DNA of 58,335 bases, the filler included, from Sphacelaria rigidula (taxonomy: Eukaryota): the NCBI GenBank assembly GCA_964200075.2. It is 8 parts of 8 records of this genome, joined end to end, with 100 filler letters (N's around TTAATTAATTAA, not from the genome) between each part and the next. Parts side by side here need not be neighbours in the genome. Positions count along the whole stretch, not along the records: positions 36,526 to 43,729 come from CAXNAA020015980.1; positions 43,830 to 51,032 come from CAXNAA020015981.1; 6 more parts are not named here. One strand, given 5' to 3'. The notes under the pieces are model-generated. The model did no database searches. It saw only the letters and a program-made list of their open reading frames with translations, and was not told where the DNA came from. The translations under genes and the position numbers were made by a program. This document shows positions 36,810-46,790 of this stretch, piece by piece (within the stretch, counting starts at the first letter, position 1; every line of letters begins with the position of its first letter).

Positions 36810-39800
36810 CTGGAAAGCTCGACGTCGAGGCTGGCTTTATCGGCCTTGACTTGGTTGTTGGCTTCCAGCGAGCGGATCATGTAGTCCTGAAACTGTCGCC
36901 GAGAGGAAACAACCTGCGGAGAGGCATCATACAGACACGCCAAAATTTTGGGGTAGAACCTACAAGGTGCCTCTGAAGTCTTGCGAAGGCACATGTGGTC
37001 AGCTTCGAAGGGCTGCTTCATGTCCAACACCTTGTGGCCTTCGTGGGCCGGACTTGAGAATGGAATTGCACATCGCGGATGTGACCTGAGCTGTGTCGAT
37101 CAAAACAGACGCGCCGTAACTGCGGAGTGCGGTCAGGATATTCCCGTTCCCCTACACGCGTGCATTTTCGTTACAGTCCGCAAATATTGTCTCTCAGCGA
37201 CAAATAATGAGCTTTTGGGTCATACTCTAGACAACATGTCTTGCACCCAGCATCTTCTCTGGCCCAGAATCTCGAATCAAGGTCATCTTTACGTTGCACT
37301 TATCTACAACGGGACGGAATCTAAACGACCCTGAGCTCGAGCACAACTCTCAAAAAGTAACATCCTCACCAGCTCTTGTAACTCCACAACATCTCGTGGC
37401 AAAAATTCGTCAACCAGTGGGTCATCAGAGACTAGCTGGGCAGCAGACTCTGCTGCACCAACCAGAGACTCTGGGGGTGTTGCGGAAGCAGGAGCATCCT
37501 CGAGACCGCCAGCCGTGGAGAAGCCCGCCGCTGCTCCAGCCCCGGCGATCTCTCCCGCAACGGCTCCCGCCACCCGGTTAGGTTCTTCGCTCCCCCACCT
37601 TGCCTCCCACCCAGGTCTCTGATTGCGAGCTGTGTCGGACATAAGTAGACCAAACAATCAGATTTTCAGAGATACGACGCGGCGACGATCTTCGCGTTAC
37701 TCTTAGGGTCCTTGCGGCGTACAGGAAGAGATAAAACCGAGTAGAAATTGCGTTAAGAACCACGTCAACCGTAGTGGTCGCCGCAGCACCGTAGACACCA
37801 GTACGGCAGACACGAGTCAAAATCATGTGCAGGACAAGCCACACGGTACCAGAAACAGCTATATTAAAAATGCTGCAAATACGGCATACTGTATGTCGAG
37901 GGACATTGAGCAGGGGGGAAATAGTATCTCGCCAAATACACCGTAAAAGACAGACGCAACTTGAAACAAGAAAGGCGAACCAAAGGTAAGTCATCGGCAG
38001 TCACGTACCTACATAAGCAGGGTGCGCGTCGCTGGGCACAGGCGCGGCTGATCCTTCGACCGTGACAGTCGTTGCTGCGGCAATCGAAACGCCAGCAACT
38101 CGCGACACCTCTTCCGCCCCCCACCTTGAGTCCCACCCCGGTCGACCGTTGCGCGCTGCCAAAACAAAAGGATAATCGGTAAAGCGCGCAAACGATGAGC
38201 GAGGGCATATGTACAACGGTATTGGTTCCACAAGAGATGAGGCGCCCACGGTAGCTTGTCGACCAAGTCGTTGCGGGTCGAGTTAGTCCGACAAGTAGAC
38301 AGGACGACACGCTTCGTATCATCCGCATCATCCGCATCGTTCCCGCTAGCATGCCGAAATACAGGCTGGTTCACGGTTTTGACCCAAAATTAACTCACCA
38401 ACAAACACCATGCGCAATACCTGCTGCCAAAAAATAGTCGCAGACATGGTATCATTTTGACCGGCATGAACAACAGAAGAGGGCGACTTAGCCGGATTAA
38501 CAACATTACAGCGGTGGCGCGAGGGGCAAAGGGAGCCTCGACCAATCCGTACCCTTCAAATTTTTCTGAAATTAAGCACGCAAATTCCGAACACAACTTT
38601 AACCCAATCTCGACATGTTTCAAATCGGAGTAACCGTCATCAGCTCGGAAATCTAACGGGAAAACCCCCCCGGTCAACATGGATTTTGAATAATGGTCCA
38701 ACATACAACAAAAGGTACACCCTCACATTTTTCGAACAGAAGAGGGTGATGTATTTTTCGGTCTGGGGCGCGGCGCTGCACGCGGGCTGAACACCTCGAG
38801 AACACGTTCCAGCGCCTCAGCCCCAAAGGCCAAGGTGTCTGGGCAGCATGCCCGATCATTTTCTTTTTCGTACGTGGTACTAGGCTTAAAAACGACGCGG
38901 AATTGGAGAGAGTGTTAGATTACCCTTTTTTGTCAACAACCAGGAGGGTACGCCCTACTCTGCTACAATCTCATCCCTTGCCCTTTGTTCACGCGTGTAC
39001 CCTTCATGTCTTTCCGAACCCTCCTTTTCCGTCCTCGGGCCAGACGCCTCATTATTTCAGGCCTGACGAAGAAGAGGTGGAAACAGAAAATACTGACGGC
39101 AACCATTTTTACAGCGGAAGGGCACAAAAGACTTCACCATCATGAGTCATGCGGGCACCAAAAATGTCACCCTGGTGTGGTCGGATTAGTTTTTTCCAGT
39201 GCGAATGACTCCCCAGGACCCCGGGACCCCCGATAACAGGCGAAATGATATGAAATAGAAACCACACCACTGCTCTTCAAACGTTTTGCATTCATCCACC
39301 GTGTATACGTGCAAATTTTCAAAGTCGAGCTCCAAGAATCGGCGTGAGGATTTGCGAATGAATTTCAGGACATGAGTATGAACCAGCCTTTGCGCTGACT
39401 GGAAGTTCGTACGCAACCGGCGCAAAAAATCTGTTTTCAACAATCAAGTCTACACCTCCCTGCCCCACGGATATGAGGGCGAGCCGCAGCACTTTTTTCT
39501 TCGATCGAGAAAATGGGGCGGTGAAATCGACTTGAGCGGATTTTTCTCGTCCTGATGCAGTTGGGTCCTGACGGACTTTCAAGCTTGCGATCGAAAAAAG
39601 ACAGTGAAATTCGTGAAACGGTACAAGGCCACTCGTGTACAGTACAGACAGTCTGTGCTGTCTGCACTGCTTGCAAGCAGTGTCCTGAGTGCGTGCGTGC
39701 GTGCTTGTTTCGTACAGGAGGATATAAAAGAGAAGCGGGCGACGTGCACAGCCCAGGACTATCGGTTCTCTCTGCTTACAATGCGACGTGAAAAAGACTT

Positions 39801-42800
39801 CAGCAACGTGCAGCTTTGTACAGCCTGCACTGTCCATGAGCGTGCACGCAACTCGGTCGCCCACCGTACCACAAAATTCCGTCGCCGATGCCTACCATGA
39901 GAGGAGATGCGCAAAATTCCGCCAACAAGAAATAAACAAAGCACACCCGACTACTGCGGTGTATCTATCCCTCGGCTCAACTCATGCTCTATGCTGCAGG
40001 GTTGCAGTGGTAGCTGAGAATGAGTTGGATGGAGTTTGCATGGTCTTATGAACAGGGCTTATTTGGCGTGGTGCTCCGTAAGATAGGAGTCAAGTGCCGC
40101 TTCGTGCCTTTCGGCCGCATGTTTTCGATCGGAAACGACAATTTTTCACCTCGAGCAATTCTTCTCCGCACGCCGCTAATGATAATTTTGAATTGAAGCC
40201 TTCTAGGAACATAAATGCGGTGGACCTGTCAGATCGGCAAAGAAATATCGACCGCACTTTTTCGATCGAAGAGGTTCCGAGGGCGTGTCTTTGCACAGAG
40301 GTTTTCGATCGAAATTGTGCGGTGGAAAACAAAAATCCCGATATGATAGGTCGTGATTTCAACCATCGTCGTTACTTTTGAAGGTGGTTGAAATCACGAC
40401 CCATCAGATCGGGGTTTTTGTTTTTCACCGCACTTTTTCGATCGAAAAAAGATGTGCTAAGACACGACCCAAGACACGCCCTGAGCGACCATGCCGAAAT
40501 GTACATGAAAGTAAAAATGTTCATCGCATTGCCTGGACAGCAAAATGCCACTCTCTAACGTCCATTTCATCATCTACAACTGTACATATCTTTCCGTCAT
40601 GTACCGGTGTAAGCAGGATGTACGTCACCAGCCGTAGGCGTGCTTGACACTGCTGCTGCCGTCGTTGTCGGCAGTCCTGACACTCGGGCACTTTCCTCCG
40701 CTCCCCACCGCGCGTCCCACCCAGGACGGTTGTGACGTGCTGCGGAAAATGGCAAGGCGTTCAAAAATGCTGAAATCTTTAATAACTGAACGCATTACAA
40801 ATCGTGAAGACGCCCGGCCAGGTGATACTGCAGCGGCCATAGCTACATTCTCTGTTTGCCTACCGGCGTAAGCAGGATGTACGTCGTTTGCTGCACTCGC
40901 GCTCTCCACCCCTATTGCTGCCGTCGTTGTCGGCAGTCCTGACACTCGGGCACTTTCCTCCGCTCCCCACCGCGCGTCCCATCCAGGTCTGTCGTGACGA
41001 GCTGCGGGAAATGGCAAGGCGTTCAAAAATGCTCAAGCCTTAGATAAATGAGTGCATTGCAAGACGCTTTACAGACGCCGCGGCTAGAAGACACTGCAGC
41101 GGCCATAGCTACATTCTCTGTTTGCCTACCGGCGTAAGCAGGATGTACGTCGTTTGCTGCACTCGCGCTCTCCACCCCTGTTGCTGCCGTCATCGGCAGT
41201 CCTGACACTCTGGCGCTTTCCTCCGCTCCCCACCGCGCGTCCCATCCAGGTCTGTCGTGACGGGCTGCGGGAAATGGCAAGGCGTTCGAAAATGCTCAAG
41301 CCTTAGATAAATGAGTGCATCGCAAGACGCTTTACAGATGCCGCGGCTAGAAGACACTGCAGCGGCCATAGCTACGGTCACTGTTTGCCTACCGGCGTAA
41401 GCAGGATGTAGGTCGCGTGCTGCACTCGCGCTCTCCACCCCTGCTGCCGCCGTCGTCGGCAGTCCTGACACTCTGGCGCTTTCCTCCGCTCCCCACCGCG
41501 CGTCCCATCCAGGTCTGTCGTGGCGAGCTGCAGCAAAAGTAATGATAAAGATAAGGTCTCGACAAACAGATGTATCCCACGATACACTGTACACACCGGC
41601 ACTGGATAAAACTGCGGAGGATACCACCACATACTGAATCGTGTCGTCGAGGATGCTTTGATGCTTTACACGACAACCACACACTCGTCTCGATCATGCC
41701 CTCCACAAATATCATAACACTTCGCCAATCATGCGTTGGCTTGTTTCTCGAAGGCACACCTGCGTAGGCCGGGTTTACGTCTCCTGCAGTCCCCGATGTC
41801 GGCAGTCCGGATACTCTGGAGCTCTCCTCTGATCCCCACCTTGTGTCCCATCCAGGTCGGCCCTGACGAGCTACAGCAGAACACATGGCAGAGCGAAGAT
41901 CACCATTGAGCGAAACTCATCAAGCTAAAGTACAAACAACGACTTTCAAGAAGATATCGTGTCGAGAGAGTGATGGCACGATAGTGACACACCGTGACCG
42001 GAGCTTCGCGGTACGGCCAGATAAGGGCTTTTGTTATCGACAAAAAATAAAGGTCCGAACTTTCGGGAATCTCCTAGCGGTCCGCAGGGTCTGTCATTAT
42101 ATAGATCTGGCGCTGCCTTAAATACCTCGTTAGATGGTGCTGATCTCGTCGTTTGCTTGCCTTTGCCGACAAAATAACAGACAGGGTTATGCTACCTGCC
42201 CGTGTATGGCGTTCATAACTGTGGTAAACATCTTTCTCGCGATTTCTCTGTGACACGGGGGGACAGTTGGATAGGCTAGGGTGTGATCGACCGGGTCTCT
42301 CGGGATGCTGCAGCAGCACTCATGAGTAAAAATACCGACTGTAGAAAGCCCCGTGCAAAGATGGCAGCATGCTTGCTGTCTGTCAGTTGTATGCGCAGAT
42401 ACACGCAAATAAACCACCAGATGAAGACTTTTCAGATGGTGCGGTAGGGTACACTCGTAGCAGTACGGCAGGCTACTGGATTGTTTCTGCTCTTCACTTC
42501 GAAAGTGCGTATGTCTGCAATCTGCAAACGACGACCACCGTGCTTGACCCCGACAGCTTCACCACCGCTGCCCGGGCACACATCGTTCAACGAGATAGAT
42601 ACCGCCATCCCGCGGTGCTTTGTACTCTACGACATAGCCCAGGGTGCCACTAGCAAGTTTCTGATCATTCTCGCATGCTTGCGAGCGCCGCGGCGTGCGC
42701 CGAGGGCAGCTCTGCGGAGGATTGCGCTGCGGTCCGAAATGTTCGGAGTTCTCCCAACGTGAAGGTTGGGAGGAAAAATTTAGCCGCTTCGTTTTCGGAG

Positions 42801-43191
42801 AACGCCAAGCGCGATGGGCGAAAACGCCTAAAATCTTGGAGATTTCCGAAAAAACTGTGTCGATAATCAAGGCCCTAAGAAGCATACAGGATAAAAAATT
42901 CGCCTGGGCCGTCCCGATGATCATCGGTGAAAATATATCAAGCGACCAAGATACACTCCGTATCTACTTCTTTCACCAAGAAGATATTGTCTTGTTCTCC
43001 CCAAACATCATCACGTACAACACTCCTCACGAAACCTAACTCACCAGCGTATGCAGGGTGAATGGTAACATCCGCATCCGCGGATGCCGCAGATTTCGTG
43101 GTACTGACAGCCGGCGTGAGCCCACCTCCGGAAACACGTTCTACCTCCTCCGTCCCCCACCTTGCCTCCCACCCAGGCCGTTCGGCGCGTG
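36810..43191 (-). CDS. Partial multi-exon gene for a tandem-repeat protein of unknown function; repeat exons 43191-43045, 41870-41760, 41527-41393, 41264-41130, 41001-40864, 40739-40605, 38155-38009, 37629-37370, then a probable helical exon ~36892/36886-36810
   Basis: Each exon has a pyrimidine-rich (c/t)ag acceptor and a gt donor. The seven upstream exons are phase 1-1 with lengths 147, 111, 135, 135, 138, 135 and 147 nt. All eight encode ARxxRPGW[DE]xRWGxEExxRVxG, and seven end in [H/N]PAY[ATV]. Divergent copies keep the motif through synonymous changes. Confidence 0.85.
40302..40448. repeat. Intronic hairpin (~64-bp arms, ~20-nt loop)
   Basis: ttttcgatcgaaattgtgcggtggaaaacaaaaatcccgat...gtcgtgatttcaacca pairs with tggttgaaatcacgac...atcggggtttttgtttttcaccgcactttttcgatcgaaaa. 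Confidence 0.85.
40605..41527 (-). repeat. Recent tandem duplication of an intron+exon unit (~259-266 bp, 4 exons)
   Basis: Intron sequence (gaaatggcaaggcgttc..aaatgct; ctgcagcggccatagctac..ctgtttgcctacc) is repeated along with the exons. Exon ends are spaced 259, 266 and 263 bp apart. Confidence 0.92.
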
Positions 43192-43407
43192 CTGCATTTG
43201 GGACGGCAAATGACGACGGTGTCACAGCTCAGGGCACGATGCATGGTTTTATGAAACATCCGATGTGATTCGTTCGCGAGCAGTGATGGAACTGAAAGAG
43301 AGCATTCGGTCGCGTTCGCTCTATTCTTCAATACCATCATCGCGTTGAGTTTGTCGCTTGAATCTATGCTCGCACATTTTTCATGTGAGCGTGTTCAACA
43401 CCTTGAC

Positions 43408-43615
43408 TGCGAGGGTAGGCCAACTGCTGAATGGGCATCACTATTCACTTGAAAAAAGTATGCGTGATCCAGATGGACTACCAGCATCGCGGTCTGAGGG
43501 TTAACCCTTAGACCGCTATGCGGGTAGTCCATATCGATCACGGATACTTTTTCCAAGTGAAAATAATAATGCCGATTCAGCCGGTGACCTACCCTCGCGG
43601 CCAAAGGGTTAACTT
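43408..43615. repeat. Imperfect ~200-bp palindrome centred on agggttaaccct; the same ~100-bp unit recurs at 46240-46530, 46810-46895, 47020-47150, 47770-47830
   Basis: The unit gccgattcagc..gtgacct.ccctcgcgg.c.aagggttaa is found in both orientations in two contigs. Confidence 0.75.
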
Positions 43616-43654
43616 GAGTTTCAAACCGTGGGCCAGAAAAACGACGCATGGAAA

Positions 43655-43655
<1 letters not shown>

Positions 43656-43695
<40 letters not shown>

Positions 43696-43729
43696 GATTA
43701 TGATTATGATTATGATTATGATTATGATT
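43656..43729. repeat. Compound microsatellite (ATT)n(ATGATT)n at contig end
   Basis: Directly visible. Confidence 0.95.
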
Positions 43730-43904
43730 NNNNNNNNNNNNNNNNNNNNNNNNNNNNNNNNNNNNNNNNNNNNTTAATTAATTAANNNNNNNNNNNNNNN
43801 NNNNNNNNNNNNNNNNNNNNNNNNNNNNNATGTCTGACACAGTTAAAAGCCTCTTTTTTCGTGCAACCAAATACCCCCCCCCTATCGTAGGAAGACTCGG
43901 TTAA

Positions 43905-46790
43905 CAGCATGACTACTTGATTTTAGAATCGGTAAAGTTATGAGAAAATTGATGGTTTGGGGCAGGTGAGCAGTGGACTCAACTCGTCCAGAACGTATTC
44001 TTGTCGAAATCGGCGCCTGTGGCGTCGATTTCAGATCTGCCAACGCACACTTTGCCTAGAGGAATCTATGCACCCCCCTTGCCCGAGAGCTCCTACGCCT
44101 TGAGTCGGGGTCAGGGTTAGGGTTGGCTTTATTGTGACTTTGTTCCAAAAAATCAAGCATAAATGAGCGACCATAACTTCATGCCGCCTCCATTTCCCCG
44201 ATCGTTTTCGTCCAGAAGCCGTCCTCGAAACGTAGGAGCCGGGCGAATATGACGGGAAAAAAGTGGGCTAGACTCCTGTTGTTGGGGCGACGCAAAGTGT
44301 CCAGGACGTGTGAGGGCGATATTCCCTGTGTGGGGGGCAAACACCGTATCAAAGGTCTCGGAAGTCGAAATACGACCCCCCAAAATACCAACCGTAAGAA
44401 ACGGTAAAATTACAAAAAAATGCACGCACGGACTGGAATGGACTAGACTGTTCCACTGTAATGACGACGCACGCAGTCATCCAGATTTAACGTTCCTCCG
44501 GTTTGGCCAGTTCTCCAAAAATCAACACACGGACAACCCTTTCACGGTCGATCGCCATCATCGTGAGATTCTCCCTCTGATCTACTCAACGCCCTTCGTT
44601 TTCGACCGTCCCACCATCGTCGCCCGTGTCATCACCCTAGTTCCTCGTGCTTGCGGCCACTCCTTCTTCACTTTGGTTTCCCCTCACGAAGGCGTTTCAA
44701 TATAGAAGCTTAGGAGGGAAATAAACCCATTGCACGTAGTGTGCACGCCCTTCCGTGCTCCCCTCTTCTCACAAGATTCTCTGACCGGTGATACCATCAT
44801 CATCCACCATGGGAGAGTCGTCGACAGGGGTTAGCAATCCCGAGGCTGCTAAGACTGCAGGTCAAGCGCGGAGGGATGCCGGCAGCAGCATAAGCACCGT
44901 CAGCCTGACGAGTTCCACAGCGTCACTTCATTTCCCAAGGATCGGGTCTGGCAAAACGTCCACGCGCATGCCGCAACAACAAGGATCGGCACGACGAACA
45001 AGCGATGGGGATGCGCCACTGTGCAATCCTGACGCTGCCGAGACTGCAGGTAAAGCGAGGAGGGACGCCGGCAGCGGCACAAGCACCCCACCAGCCGGAC
45101 GAGTTCCACAGCTTCACTCCATTTCCCAAGGGTTGTGTCTGGCAGTCTGTCCATGCCCACGCCACAACAACGAGGATCGATACCAACAAGCGAAGGCGAT
45201 GCGCCACTATTCATCGAGGAACCGATAGGTGAACTTGAACTGAGCGAGCCACGAAGCGATACTAAGGGGTTGACAGAGACGCCTGGCTGCGCTTCCATCC
45301 CTCACTATTTATCCAGTGAACGACAACCCCCTGTGCAACAGCAACAGCAGCAGCAGCAGCAGCAGCAGCATGTGTATGGCTCGTGCCTTCCTCAGCAACA
45401 ACACATTTACGGTCCCCCGCCGCCTCAGCAGCATCACCCCATGTATAGCCAGGGGCCAACGTGGTACGGCTCGCAGCCGCCTCAGCAGCAAACACAGATA
45501 TACGGCCAGCATCCGATGCGGTACCCGACGCCGCCAATGCCGCAGCAGGAGGAGCAGCATCAACATCAACAACAGCAACAACAAGACGTATTCTCCCAGC
45601 GGCTCAAGCAGCAGCAGGCGAGGATCAGGCGCCCGAGCGTGGCATTCATGGGTTTGCGGTCCCAGCATGACGAAGACAAATCGTTGCCAGAAGTAGCAAA
45701 TGAGCGGACGGTCGAAAGAGGAGATACCAGCTACCTCCGCTCCTTCAGTGGCATCAATCCGATGAACGCACGTCGCAGGTGATTTTTTTCAATGTTGGCA
45801 AAGACGCACGCCGTAATATATGAACGTGGATGTTCCGCACCTTGACGCCAATCAATCCTCTCACAATCAAGATATGTATTTGAGCCGGGTTTACCCCAGG
45901 TGGGTGAAAATAAGTGATACTTGACATACTTTGTGTTTGTCCAACAATAGGGTCAACCCAAGGCAAATCGAGGACCCTTGAGCAAGCGGTGCGTTGCAGG
46001 CAGAGCACAAATGCCCCCCACCCCCCCCCCCCCGCAAACAAGCCCCCATACTGTCACGAAGAAAATGGCCATACAGCGCCTGATGGTTGGTTTCAGACTT
46101 CATGAAGCCCCTGATATGGGCGACAATGGCGGAATCGATCCCAAGGATGGCAGTTACCAGGCGCTCGGCGTGCCCGGCCGTTGTCATTTGATTTACGAGT
46201 AGATTTTGCTCTCTCCAACTGGCCACTTTTCCGGGGTGAGTTTACCGTTAGACCGCGATGTAGCTAGTCCGTCTGCATCGCACATACTTTTTTCAAGTAA
46301 AGCTGACGCCGATTCCGCAGATGGCCTATCCTCGCGGTCGAAAAGTTAACCCTCAGACCGCGAGGGTAGTCCATCTAGATCATGCATACCTTGTTCAAGA
46401 GAAATCGATATCGATTCAACAGATGACCTACTCTCGCGATGCGGGTAATCCATCTAGATCACGAAAAGTTTTTTCAAACAGACTCGATGCCGATTCAGCA
46501 GGTGACCTGCCCTGGCGGTCCAAGGATTAATCGGCGTTGGGCTATAACCTGTCTATGGTTGAAATATTTTACAGCTATCGCCAACCCTAAACCAGGGCAT
46601 ACCAGGAACCCTCGTTCGCATATGATTCTCTAGGCAAAGCGCGGCCGTGGTAGACCCCAAATCGACATCTATTGCGCCGATTTGAAGGAAAATGTTTTAT
46701 GCGCACACGAGGAGCGCGCGGGACTGTCAGTCCCTACCAACGATCCGATTCTCGTTTTTCATACTGAAATCAAGTAATACCAACCATGAA
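43905..46790. repeat. Diverged ~220-bp inverted repeats (43905-44127 and 46578-46790) flanking a Gln-rich ORF region
   Basis: Complementary blocks in mirrored order: ggttagggttggc/gccaaccctaa, ctttgcctagag/ctctaggcaaag, aaatcggcgc/gcgccgattt, tacttgattt/aaatcaagta. Confidence 0.65.
44788..45782 (+). pseudogene. Frameshifted coding-like segment with an internal ~190-bp duplication and poly-Gln tracts; unknown product
   Basis: Overlapping ORFs 44788-45228 and 45135-45782. Duplicated NPxAAxTAGxARRDAGS...MPxxQ...TSxGDAPL, (CAG)n tracts and a possible donor cag|gtgatt at ~45778. Confidence 0.35.

Noticed and set aside
38224-38860. Additional exons of the repeat gene inside the long intron
   Set aside because: The short ORFs lack the motif and I found no convincing phase-compatible splice pairs.
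44113-44125. Telomeric repeat (agggttagggtt)
   Set aside because: Only about two units, embedded in a dispersed inverted repeat.
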